64,000 bases of DNA from Candidatus Marinacidobacterales bacterium (GCA_965237955.1 OZ250169.1:5952001-6016000); one strand, 5' to 3'. Counted from the stretch's first letter, positions 20,200 through 29,195 are shown. Program-made: numbers and translations. The notes: a model not told the origin generated them from the letters alone.

Positions 20200-20685
20200 A
20201 TGGAAATCGAGATGACCATTAAGGGCTTGATGATCGATCCGATCACGAATATGCCCATCGTGATTCTCAAAGACAAAGAAGGTGACCGTGTTCTTCCTAT
20301 CTGGGTGGGGGTTTTCGAGGCCAACGCGATTGCATTACAAATCGAGAACATCTCGACGCCGCGGCCGATGACCCATGACTTGCTGCGGAACATTCTGAGT
20401 GAGATCGAAGCGGATGTTCAACGCATCGTCGTGTGTGAGCTCAAAGAAAATACGTTCTACGCAATGATCTACCTCGACCGTGAGGGGCAGACCATGGCAG
20501 TCGATGCGCGGCCGAGTGACGCGATCGCTCTCGCGCTCAGGACGAAAGCGCCGATTTTCGTTGAAGACGACGTCGTGGAAAGCGCCAAAGGTTTGGATTT
20601 ATCGAAGGACAAAACTGATTCCGAAAGACTCCAGAAGTGGCTGGAAGGTCTGAACCCAGACGATCTTGGCAAATACAAGATGTAG
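20200..20685 (+). CDS. Bifunctional nuclease family protein (DUF151)
   Basis: LPIWVGVFEANAIA, PRPMTHDLL, DARPSDAIALALR. Confidence 0.92.
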   Translation: MEIEMTIKGLMIDPITNMPIVILKDKEGDRVLPIWVGVFEANAIALQIENISTPRPMTHDLLRNILSEIEADVQRIVVCELKENTFYAMIYLDREGQTMAVDARPSDAIALALRTKAPIFVEDDVVESAKGLDLSKDKTDSERLQKWLEGLNPDDLGKYKM

Positions 20686-20782
20686 CGGCGGGTCCGCTCC
20701 CTCCTCTGCGTCCGTGCTACGGCGGACACGTCCCTCATGCACGCTTTTCTCGGGATTATCTCGTCTCGCGGGGGTCAACCAG

Positions 20783-21544
20783 GTGACTAAGGTCATAACG
20801 ATTGCAAATCAAAAAGGTGGTGTCGGCAAGACCACGACGGCCATCAATCTCGCAGCCGCGCTGGCGGCGAAAAAGAAGAAAACCTTGCTGGTGGATATGG
20901 ACCCACAGGGAAACTCGACGATCTCGTTTCTGCAGGACGATGTCATCGACAAGTCCATCTACGATGCGCTGACCGAGCCAACCACGAAGCTCAAGGAAGT
21001 CACCTACCAGTCCGATCTCGAGTGCTTGTCGATCGTGCCGTCGCGGATCTCGTTGGCGAAGCTCGAGAGCAAGCTGCTGGGCGAGATAGATGCTCACTTC
21101 CGTTTGCGAGATCAGCTCGAGGCGGTGCGGTCTTCCTACGATTTCGTCATTATTGATACTCCGCCGACGTTGGGCATGATCACCGTGAACGCCTTGGTGG
21201 CGGCGAGTTATCTACTGATACCCATCCAGTCCTCCTACTATGCGCTCGAAGGGACGGACGACTTGCTCAAGACCCTGGACAAGGTGAAAGCGCGTCCCAA
21301 TCCCGAGCTGCAGGTGTTGGGCGTCCTCATCACACTGCATGACAAGCGGACCACGTTGGCGCGCGACGTCAGCGCGAAGATTCAGAAAGCGTTCGGCGAC
21401 AAGGTGTTCAAGACCGTCATCAGCAAGAGCATTCGTTTGGAAGAAAGTCCGGCCTACAGGGAATCGATCTTCAGCTTTGCGCCGCACTCGAGTGGCGCTT
21501 TCGAGTACTACAGTCTTTCGGAAGAGGTGATGGCACGTGTCTAG
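20783..21544 (+). CDS. parA: ParA/Soj ATPase
   Basis: IANQKGGVGKTTT, DMDPQGN, IIDTPP, IRLEESP. Confidence 0.93.
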   Translation: MTKVITIANQKGGVGKTTTAINLAAALAAKKKKTLLVDMDPQGNSTISFLQDDVIDKSIYDALTEPTTKLKEVTYQSDLECLSIVPSRISLAKLESKLLGEIDAHFRLRDQLEAVRSSYDFVIIDTPPTLGMITVNALVAASYLLIPIQSSYYALEGTDDLLKTLDKVKARPNPELQVLGVLITLHDKRTTLARDVSAKIQKAFGDKVFKTVISKSIRLEESPAYRESIFSFAPHSSGAFEYYSLSEEVMARV

Positions 21545-22361
21545 AAGAGCTGGTTTACCCACGACGGTGAAGTTTCACAACGAGGCGCACTTTGTCGAAG
21601 AGTTGGGCCCGCGGCAAGGCGCGACCATCGGCCGGATGATTGCCATCGAAGATCTGGAGCCGAACCCGTACCAGCCGCGCCAGCAAATGGGAGACCTTAC
21701 CGAGCTGACATCCTCCATCGTAGAGAAAGGCGTGTTGGAACCGTTGATCGTGCGTCGTCACGGGGGAGTGTTCCAGATCATCTCGGGTGAGCGACGCTAT
21801 CAAGCGGCGCTCCAAGCTGGACTCTCGGAGCTACCGTGCGTCGAGAGAAACGTCGACGACCAAGAGACGCTCGAGCTGGCCCTCGTCGAGAACATCCAGC
21901 GTAAGGACTTGACGCCGTTCGAAGAGGGCGAGGCGTTCGGGCAGTTGGTCCATCACCACGGATACACGCACGAGGCTTTGGCGAAACGGATCGGAAAGTC
22001 GCGGACCAGCATCACCGAATCGCTGAGCCTAAACGGTATGCCGGACGATATCAAGAATCTTTGTCGGCTCGCCGACATTGCCTCAAAGTCACTGTTATTA
22101 CAGATAGTTAGGCAAGACAATCCCGAAAAAATGGCTGCTTTGGTCGAGAGGATTTCGTCCGACAGCCTGAGTCGCGATCAGACGCGCAAGGTCTCCCGCA
22201 AGCCGCGACGGGGTCGGCCGAAGAACTTCGTTTTCAAGTACGGTGCTCGCGGGAACCCGTTCCGCCTTCAGATGACCTTCCGCAAAAGCGAGGTCGAACG
22301 GGAAGAGATCATCACAGCGCTTCGGGCGTTGATCGCAGAGCTCGAGCAAGAAGGAAGGTAG
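21537..22361 (+). CDS. parB: ParB/Spo0J CTPase
   Basis: PNPYQPR, GVLEPLIVR, SGERRY, LALVENIQRKDL, HTH LAKRIGKSRTSI. Confidence 0.93.
   Translation: MSRRAGLPTTVKFHNEAHFVEELGPRQGATIGRMIAIEDLEPNPYQPRQQMGDLTELTSSIVEKGVLEPLIVRRHGGVFQIISGERRYQAALQAGLSELPCVERNVDDQETLELALVENIQRKDLTPFEEGEAFGQLVHHHGYTHEALAKRIGKSRTSITESLSLNGMPDDIKNLCRLADIASKSLLLQIVRQDNPEKMAALVERISSDSLSRDQTRKVSRKPRRGRPKNFVFKYGARGNPFRLQMTFRKSEVEREEIITALRALIAELEQEGR
22062..22077. promoter_or_regulatory. Candidate intragenic parS-like palindrome TGTCGGC-TC-GCCGACA
   Basis: 16-bp inverted repeat (7-bp arms, 2-bp spacer, TGT..ACA ends like canonical parS) inside parB just after the HTH. Function is inferred. Confidence 0.5.
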
Positions 22362-22439
22362 ACTTCCGTTCATTCCGGACGGAATTCGTCGTTTTCCGCA
22401 AAAAACTTCGAATCTAGCAGTTAAGCTGTGGATTTCTTG

Positions 22440-22469
22440 TTGACAGGACCATGGCTACCTTGATATTTT
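22440..22469 (+). promoter_or_regulatory. sigma70-type promoter upstream of the HTH gene
   Basis: TTGACA (22440-45) and extended -10 TGnTATTTT (22461-69). Confidence 0.55.
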
Positions 22470-22600
22470 CCTAATCAGCGCCGAGATGAGGTCAGATCCC
22501 ACTGACCTCGTTAAAAACCGAACAAGCGAAGCTCTGACCCAGTGTTGGGCTGGGAACGCAGAGAAGTCTCTCTCTGAGCGGGGGAAAGGAGGCTCTACAG

Positions 22601-22942
22601 ATGGCCTATCGGGGTAAATCTCTCAAGGCGCTCCGCGAGTCGAAGCGCATCCGCCTTAGACGCATCTCCAACGAGACCCGTATCGGCATGGCCTATCTGG
22701 AGGACCTCGAAACAGAACGATTCGATCGCTTTCCCGGCAAGTTCTATTTCGAGAGTTTCACCAAAGAATACGCGCGATCGCTAGGACTCGACCCGACTGA
22801 GGTGTTGACGGACCTGCAAGCGTCTTACAGGGAGTGGCAAGGAGCCTCGAGCGACCCAGCTTCGAATGAAGCCGCTGCCGCGATGGAAGACGGACTCCTG
22901 AACCGCATCGCGGGCTATATTCGCCGCGCCCAGGAAGTCTAG
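22601..22942 (+). CDS. Stand-alone XRE-type HTH protein (RodZ N-terminal-like)
   Basis: GKSLKALRESKRI..ISNETRI..YLEDLE..FDRFPG..YARSLGLD; strong RBS AAGGAGG; no TM segment. Confidence 0.8.
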   Translation: MAYRGKSLKALRESKRIRLRRISNETRIGMAYLEDLETERFDRFPGKFYFESFTKEYARSLGLDPTEVLTDLQASYREWQGASSDPASNEAAAAMEDGLLNRIAGYIRRAQEV

Positions 22943-22989
22943 TTCTTCACACCCTCCGCCAGAATTGCTGTGCTATAGTGCGCAGGAGT

Positions 22990-23521
22990 ATGAGAATAGT
23001 CCTGCCTAACTTGCTTATTTTCCTAAGCCTTAGCAACGTCGCTGTTCGCACAGGCCAGCGTGGACGTTGGGGACACGGCGCCTGATTTCGAGCTTCGGGA
23101 CTCGGCCGGCAAGACCTACAAGCTTTCCGAGTATCGAGGCGAGAAGGTCGTCGTTGTCGAGTTCTTCCGAAGCGGCGGTTGGTGACCCCACTGCAAGCGG
23201 CAGCTCGGTGAGCTGCAAGGATCACTCGATGCCATCCAAGCCGAGGGCGCCGTCCTCCTCGGAATCTCCAAGTACGACGCGGAGGAAACCGCGAGCTGGC
23301 TCGAGGAGGACGCCTGGGCGTTTCCAATTCTGTGCGACGGCGAGCCCGTCATCGAGTCGTATGGGCTCATCAATCCGGACGTCGGCCGAGAGTCGATGAA
23401 AGGCATCCCGCATCCTGCAACGATTATCATCGACAAGCAAGGCAAAGTGCGCTTCGTGAACGTATGGGTCGACTTTCGGCAGCGAACGTCTCCAGAAACG
23501 ATTATCGAGGAGTTGAAGTAG
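22990..23521 (+). CDS. AhpC/TSA (peroxiredoxin-like) selenoprotein with UxxC; 1-nt frameshift in the signal-peptide region
   Basis: Continuous frame [37 protein letters not shown](23183)[11 protein letters not shown]..[21 protein letters not shown]-like hairpin follows. ATG 22990 with RBS is out of frame by one base near 23025. Confidence 0.85.
23200..23216 (+). promoter_or_regulatory. Bacterial SECIS-like hairpin
   Basis: GCAGCTC-GGT-GAGCTGC; G-containing loop starts 21 nt after the UGA. Confidence 0.7.
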
Positions 23522-23526
23522 ATCCA

Positions 23527-24057
23527 ATGAATGCGAATCGAATTGTCTTCGCGTGCGCGCTCGTCGCGGCGGCCTCCGTGCTCGCCGCAGAACAGATCGA
23601 GATCCCGGACTGGGAGAGCTCGGTGCAGTTTCGACTCGTGACTTCGCAGCAACCCATCCGTCCAGGGGACAGTTTCAGCGTGGCGCTCGTGGCCGAGATC
23701 GAAGAGGGCTACCATCTTTACGGTCCCGAGGAACCCTATCCAAGCCGGACCGAAGTTTCCGTCAATGGCGAAAACTTGAAAGTCGGGGATCCGTCATATC
23801 CTCCCGTCGAAACGCGGGAGCTCTCTGGTCTCGGCACCTACGATCTGTACGAAGGAAGCATCGCGATCCGGATTCCCGTGAAGCTCAGCGACTCGGGGGC
23901 CGCGGGTGAGCACACCGTGAAAGCATCGGTAAACTACCAGGTGTGCACGGATTTCGCTTGTAGCGCGCCCACCTCCGACGAGCTTGCTATCACAGTCGCC
24001 GGCGGCGCCATCGGGGCAGCTATCGAGACGCAGTATCCAGAAATCTTCGAGTTCTAA
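23527..24057 (+). CDS. Secreted DsbD N-terminal (DsbD-alpha/DsbC-like) domain protein
   Basis: Signal peptide, EEGYHLY, YPP, NYQVCTDFACSAP (Cx4C); directly follows the AhpC selenoprotein. Confidence 0.8.
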   Translation: MNANRIVFACALVAAASVLAAEQIEIPDWESSVQFRLVTSQQPIRPGDSFSVALVAEIEEGYHLYGPEEPYPSRTEVSVNGENLKVGDPSYPPVETRELSGLGTYDLYEGSIAIRIPVKLSDSGAAGEHTVKASVNYQVCTDFACSAPTSDELAITVAGGAIGAAIETQYPEIFEF

Positions 24058-24141
24058 TAGTGTATTACGCGTCAGATCTCAAGTTAATTCTCTGAGGTGG
24101 TACTTTAGCTTTCGGCGTCTAACCAGGTACAATAAGTTGGC

Positions 24142-24588
24142 ATGGCCGAGCCCGAGTTCCGGTTACCCGCATTCGATGAAGACCGCCACGAGCCCCTTAG
24201 ACCGAAGCGTCGCGCTATCGTTCTCGGCTTTGCGGCGGCGGTGACCATCGGTGGCCTCGGCACCGCGCTCTACGTCGGAAAGCTTGGCTACGACGTTCGC
24301 CGCAACAACATGCACGACTCGCGGCTGAAGAACATCCTTGTGCAAACGCCGACCGTGTACCAGGTGACCGAGGGTCTGAAGGAGAAAGCCCCGCTCGCAT
24401 TGGTGGTGGAAGGTCAAGTGGACCTCGAACAGGCCCTCTCTCGGTGGGGTGCCGACAAAGCAGACGATATTCGCGACAAAGCGGGTGAATGGCCCCAACT
24501 CCGGGTCTACGCCGCAGGAGACATGATGTACTTCATCTACTTCGACGAAGGCAACGTCATGAGAGACTACGTCTACGTGAGTAGCTAA
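24142..24588 (+). CDS. Hypothetical single-pass membrane protein
   Basis: 148 aa, one hydrophobic helix, ends 3 nt before the OsmC-like gene. Confidence 0.65.
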   Translation: MAEPEFRLPAFDEDRHEPLRPKRRAIVLGFAAAVTIGGLGTALYVGKLGYDVRRNNMHDSRLKNILVQTPTVYQVTEGLKEKAPLALVVEGQVDLEQALSRWGADKADDIRDKAGEWPQLRVYAAGDMMYFIYFDEGNVMRDYVYVSS

Positions 24589-24591
24589 GCT

Positions 24592-25065
24592 ATGGCCAAG
24601 ATCGTTCATACGTCCAAAGTTCGCATCGAGAAAGACAAGGGCCCTCACCGCAGGGCCTACATCGAAGGCTTCGAGACCCCGGTGCATTTCGGGGTGCATT
24701 CCGGCATCAAGAAGTTCTACGGCATCGAGCCCGAAGAGGAGCATCCCGCCACGCTCGACTACATCGTCGGCGCGGTCGGCGGGTGAATGACCGGAACCCT
24801 CGGGCGCGCACTGGAGGTGCGCGGCATTCCAAGCTACCCGGACAAACTGTCGTCCGCGGTCGAAGGCGATATCGAAGACGTGGACGGCGTCATGAAAATC
24901 ACGCGCATCCGAATCCACTACAACATCAATCTTCCGGCTGGAAAAAGGGAAGAGGCCCAGCGCGCTCTCGACGTCCACGAGCGCGGATGCCCGGCAGCGA
25001 TGAGTGTGAACGGCTGTATCGCGATCGAATGGACGGCTGATTTCGAGGAGGCAATAGGTGAGTGA
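24592..25065 (+). CDS. OsmC/Ohr-like selenoprotein
   Basis: ORFs 24592-24786 and 24787-25065 are in the same frame, joined by UGA at 24784 (LDYIVGAVGG-U-MTGT, the first-Cys position of OsmC), with a later CPA. SECIS-like hairpin follows. Confidence 0.85.
24805..24823 (+). promoter_or_regulatory. Bacterial SECIS-like hairpin
   Basis: CGCGCAC-TGGAG-GTGCGCG; loop about 25 nt after the UGA. Confidence 0.7.
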
Positions 25066-25537
25066 TCTTTCGTTGAAGGACGTGATGCGGACGTTCCCTC
25101 AAGGCGTGACCGTCGTGACCGCGGAAGGAGACGACGGGCCGCGCGGCATCACCGTGAGCTCGTTCACCTCGGTGAGCCTGACGCCGCCGCTCGTCTTGAT
25201 ATGCATCCTGAAGGATTCTAGCGCCCACGATGCGATCAAAAAAGGCCGGTTCGTCGTCAACGTCCTGGCCGAGGGTCAAGGTGCCGTCTCGGATCACTTT
25301 GCGAGCCCGAAGCTGAGCTCGGACGAGCAATTCGACGGGTACGGCTTTCCCCAGCTCGAAGGCTGTCTCGGCTACCTGCACTGCAAGGTCGTCGATCAGA
25401 GTTCGCAAGGCACGCACACCGTGTTCTTTGGTGAAGTGGATCAAATCGAGCTCGGCGCGAGCTCGGACCGAGCGAAACCTCTAGTGTTCTGCTCACGCGA
25501 ATACTGGGGCTTGGGTGAGACTGTTCATGAGCGGTGA
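25058..25537 (+). CDS. Flavin reductase family protein
   Basis: FPQGVTVVT, GITVSSFTSVSLTPPLVL, GTHTVFFGEV. Confidence 0.92.
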   Translation: MSDLSLKDVMRTFPQGVTVVTAEGDDGPRGITVSSFTSVSLTPPLVLICILKDSSAHDAIKKGRFVVNVLAEGQGAVSDHFASPKLSSDEQFDGYGFPQLEGCLGYLHCKVVDQSSQGTHTVFFGEVDQIELGASSDRAKPLVFCSREYWGLGETVHER

Positions 25538-26054
25538 AGAGTCTGTCAACCAGCTTCTGGGAAGCCTTGGCTATGACGCCGAGCGGGGCGCCTTGTCGCT
25601 CTCGAGTGCGCGCTACGTCATGTTGTCGCCCGCGCTGTTCGTCGAGCTTCAGAAAAGCGTCGAAGCGCATCTCCCGCAGGAAGTCGCGGAAATCATGACG
25701 CAGACGGCGGAGGGCGATGGTGCGTTTCTCGCCAGCCGGTATCGCGACGTCTTCGGCTATCCGCCCGAGCAGGTTCTTACCGCGGTGAGCTATATGCTGT
25801 CGGAATCAGGGTGGGGCGCGATGAGCGTGGAGATGGCGCATCTCGAAGGGGAAGAGCTCGTCTTCAAAGTGCTCGACTCACCGTTTGCCGAAGTCTACGG
25901 CCCGTCGATCCAGCCGGTCTGCTACACGCTCCTGGGTGTGCTGCGCGGGGTCGCGATGACGCTCTTCGACAAGCCCGCCGAAGGCGGGGAAGTCCAATGC
26001 GCGGCGAAGGGCGACAATTGCTACCGATTCGTCGTCAGCGCCAAGGCCGGCTAA
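25527..26054 (+). CDS. V4R (4-vinyl reductase) domain protein
   Basis: GWG, SPFAE, PVC..G, EVQCAAKGDNCYRF. Confidence 0.85.
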   Translation: MSGEESVNQLLGSLGYDAERGALSLSSARYVMLSPALFVELQKSVEAHLPQEVAEIMTQTAEGDGAFLASRYRDVFGYPPEQVLTAVSYMLSESGWGAMSVEMAHLEGEELVFKVLDSPFAEVYGPSIQPVCYTLLGVLRGVAMTLFDKPAEGGEVQCAAKGDNCYRFVVSAKAG

Positions 26055-26710
26055 GATCCTTGAATCTGCTCTTCCAGGTAGACGACGACGCGCTCACGAT
26101 CGTCGCCGCTGAGCTCGGTGAACTCCACACCCAGCCGAAAAATGGCGGCTCCTTTCGCTTCCGCCCACGCCTCGCAGTGGCGCACGACCCCGCGGGTATG
26201 AACGTCTCCCCGCGGCAGGGTGAAGACGAAGTCGTGCTCGCTACGGAATTCGAGAGGGAAGCTCACCGAGAACAGCCCTCCAAAGAGGCTGAGGTTCAAC
26301 ACGCGAAGCTCGATCTCCTTTTTCAGCTGAGCCGGCTGACCGATGAACACGCGCGGCTGCTCACGGCGCTCCTCGGTCAGGCTGTCGCGGATGTAGGCGC
26401 GTATGCGGGCACGCTGCGACACCGGAAGTGCTATGAAACGCACTCCGATCCGATAGAGCGGTTCTTCCTCGAGCGCCTTGCAGTGGACGACGTTGGCCCG
26501 GACCGTGAGCGGCGCGCCGTCGAGAGATAACTCCACGGTCAATTCCGAGTCGAGGCTGAGATGCCGCGGGCTCTCGAGCAGGGCGCCGCTCGGGCTCAGA
26601 TCCACCACGCGGACGTCCGTCCAGAACTGAGCATGTCCCTCGACGCGGGCATCGAGGTTCAAGCGAGGTGCTCGTCGCGCGCGATCCATGGTCTCGTTCT
26701 TCCATTTCAC
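26051..26710 (-). CDS. Tandem PilZ-domain (c-di-GMP receptor) protein
   Basis: RRAPR..DLSPSG..GVRF and RREQPR..NLSLFG..GVEF. Start uncertain (GTG 26710 or ATG 26689). Confidence 0.85.
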   Translation of the reverse strand: MKWKNETMDRARRAPRLNLDARVEGHAQFWTDVRVVDLSPSGALLESPRHLSLDSELTVELSLDGAPLTVRANVVHCKALEEEPLYRIGVRFIALPVSQRARIRAYIRDSLTEERREQPRVFIGQPAQLKKEIELRVLNLSLFGGLFSVSFPLEFRSEHDFVFTLPRGDVHTRGVVRHCEAWAEAKGAAIFRLGVEFTELSGDDRERVVVYLEEQIQGS

Positions 26711-26750
26711 CTCCGAAGTCCCGAGTTGAGCGCGTGTTAGAATCGCTCTC

Positions 26751-27659
26751 ATGAGTTTTCTCCGCGCCAACGACAGTAAGTCGAACTCGGGAGGAGGGAA
26801 GTCCGTCGTCCTTGCTATCATCATTTTGCTGTGCCTCGGGGGCGCAGCTTATTGGTTTTACGCTCGAGCGCCTGAGCCGGAACGCGAGCGCGAGGCGGCC
26901 AAGAAAGAGGCACCACCACCTGCACCACCCAAGCCGCGAGCTGACGTGCCCTCGACGGGCTCGCTGATGGTCACCGCTAACCTCGATGGCGCGAGCGTGT
27001 ACGTAAACGGCGCGTCGGTTGGCTCCGCCCCCTTCGAAGACGCCGACATCAGGGTCGGGAGCCATGAAGTTAGGGTGACCAAAGAGGGGTACGCGGATTA
27101 CGTGGAAATTGTGCGCATACGACCGGGGAAAAGCGCCGAGCTACGTGCGTCTCTGGGGCTGTTGGCGCCCAGTCTGCGCATCGTTAGTGATGTCCCGGGG
27201 GCGACGGTGTTTCTCGATCGCAACTACATCGGAACGACGCCCGTCGATATCAAAGCCGTAGAGCCGGGAGAGCATCGGTTGACCGTCTCCGCCGATGGCT
27301 ACGATATGTATACGGAGACGGTGGCCGTGACGACGGGGCACAAGGACATTCGTGTCAGCTTCGAGCAGGCAGCCTCCGAGCTCAACGAGTCCGTGAGTGT
27401 CGTCCACAAGCACAGCTTCGGAAACTGCAGCGGCACACTCATCGCCGACAGCGCTGGCATTCGTTACGAGACCGACCACAAAGACGCGTTCGCGATCCCG
27501 TACGGGTCACTCGAGCGCTTCGAGGTGGACTACATCAAGAAGTACATGAACCTCAAGGTGCGCAAGGGGAAAAACTACAACTTCACCGACCGAAGCGGTG
27601 ACGCCGACGCGCTCTTCGTGTTTCACAAGAACGTACAAGCGTTTCTGGAGAGAATGTAA
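26751..27659 (+). CDS. Membrane-anchored PEGA-domain protein
   Basis: TM helix, two PEGA repeats (GASVYVNG..VG, GATVFLD..IGTTP..GEH..GY). Confidence 0.85.
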   Translation: MSFLRANDSKSNSGGGKSVVLAIIILLCLGGAAYWFYARAPEPEREREAAKKEAPPPAPPKPRADVPSTGSLMVTANLDGASVYVNGASVGSAPFEDADIRVGSHEVRVTKEGYADYVEIVRIRPGKSAELRASLGLLAPSLRIVSDVPGATVFLDRNYIGTTPVDIKAVEPGEHRLTVSADGYDMYTETVAVTTGHKDIRVSFEQAASELNESVSVVHKHSFGNCSGTLIADSAGIRYETDHKDAFAIPYGSLERFEVDYIKKYMNLKVRKGKNYNFTDRSGDADALFVFHKNVQAFLERM

Positions 27660-28182
27660 TGAAACAGGCGGTTCTTGCCATTGCCCACATAGGGTTGGCC
27701 TTCCCGGTTCTCGCGCAAGACGCAGACCCCCTGGCAGGGAACGTTGGGATCCCGAACGACTACCGCGTGCGTGACGACATCGCGACCGCGGGCCAGCCGA
27801 CCGACGAGGCTCTCGAGGACGTGAAAAAGGCGGGGTTCAAAGCGGTCCTGAACCTCCGCACCGAGCAGGAAGGCAGCCTCGAAGAAAAACCCAATGTCGA
27901 AGCCCTCGGTATGGACTACTACAACATCCCGATCGGGCGTGACGGCTTCTCACCGGCGATCCTCGAGCAGTTCAAAGAGATTCTCGCCGACGACGACAAC
28001 CGACCGCTCCTCATCCACTGCGCTTCGTCGAATCGCGTAGGCGCGCTCTGGTACATCCATCAAGTTCTCGACACCGGTGAGGACGGGCCGCCGCACTCGC
28101 CGAAGTCAAGAAGGCAGGCCTGACGTCCGAATCTTTCGAAGCTCGCGCCAAAGAATACGTCAGCACCAACAAGTCCCAATAG
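27659..28182 (+). CDS. Secreted DUF442 / tyrosine-phosphatase-like (sulfur transferase) protein; frameshift near 28085
   Basis: AGQP, VLNLR, HCASSNR (CX5R). C-terminus AALAEVKKAGLTS continues in another frame. Confidence 0.78.
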
Positions 28183-28263
28183 ACAAGCACTTTGCGACGT
28201 ACATCGCCTACTTTGCGTGCAGGGGGAATTGCATATCATATGTAGCTCGTATAAGCTGTAAAT

Positions 28264-28521
28264 ATGGGCACTCATCGCACTACCATCCTCCTCGACGATG
28301 ACACTCGTCACGCCGCACGGGAGCTCGCTCTGCGTTATGGCTGCTCCGTTTCTGAGGCAATTCGCCGGGCAGTCATCCGTCAGCGCGATGCCTCCCTCGG
28401 CGTGCCGGCAGGCACTCGAAAGGAGCGCAGAAAGGTCCTCGAACGCCTCTTCGAACTCTTCGAAGGCAATGACCCGGCCGAAGAAGTGGGACGGCTCAAA
28501 GAGCAGGACGAAGCCTTCTGA
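28264..28521 (+). CDS. CopG/RHH antitoxin
   Basis: RTTILLDD..SVSEAIRRAV; stop overlaps the PIN toxin start. Confidence 0.8.
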   Translation: MGTHRTTILLDDDTRHAARELALRYGCSVSEAIRRAVIRQRDASLGVPAGTRKERRKVLERLFELFEGNDPAEEVGRLKEQDEAF

Positions 28522-28903
28522 TGCGGGTGCACCTCGATACGGACGTACTGGTCTATGCGCTTTCGGTGACCGGCCCTGAGAGGAGGCGCGTCGTCCAACT
28601 CGCGGAGTCCGAAGCCGAGATTCAGATGAGCGCCATCGCTTGGTACGAGTTCTCACGCGGGCCGAGGACACCGAACAGCTCGCTGTGGCACGGTCATTTC
28701 TTTTTGAGGATGGAATCGTTCCTTTCTCTGCGGACCTGGCGTCGATCTCATCGGAAGTCTTTCGAATTCTCGGCTCTCCGCGGAAACGCGCCGCGGATAT
28801 CGCCATCGGAGTCACCGCGGTGGCAATGGATGCTGTGCTCCTGACGCGCAATGTCAAAGACTTCGCTGGTATCCCGGCGCTCAGGATCGAGCCCTCTGGA
28901 TAA
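28521..28903 (+). pseudogene. PIN/VapC toxin, frameshifted near 28670
   Basis: LDTDVL..SAIAWYEF, then in another frame RAADIAIGVTA..LLTRNVKDF. Confidence 0.82.
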
Positions 28904-28919
28904 GGCTTCTCGTGTTCTT

Positions 28920-28947
28920 ATTTAACATAATGTATCTTATCGGACGT
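28920..28947 (-). other. dif: dif site (XerC/XerD recombination site)
   Basis: Reverse complement reads ACGTCCGATAA-GATACA-TTATGTTAAAT. The XerD arm is identical to E. coli dif, with 11-6-11 architecture; intergenic and AT-rich. Confidence 0.88.
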
Positions 28948-29195
28948 TGCGAATTCCGCCTCACGATGCGCAAGGCCTCCCGCGAACGCGCTCTGCGCTC
29001 AATTGCAACATGGTCGCACGACCCCTAGAATTGAGTGTCATATGGCGAAACTCCTCACGGAATTACTTGCGTTAGCTAGGAGCGTCGTCGACATGGTCCG
29101 TCCGCACGTCGCTGCAAGAAGGTTACGCTTCGTCACTAACAGAGACCGGGTATCGAGGTCCCCTAACGCGGGCATCGAGGACAATCGAACACTTA

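Noticed and set aside
20783-22361. parAB as a marker of oriC
   Set aside because: No dnaA, gidAB, rnpA or DnaA-box cluster is visible, and a dif site is nearby.
23519-23530. UAG readthrough (pyrrolysine) at the end of the AhpC selenoprotein
   Set aside because: Only two more codons follow before a TGA; a plain stop or an AAG>TAG change is simpler.
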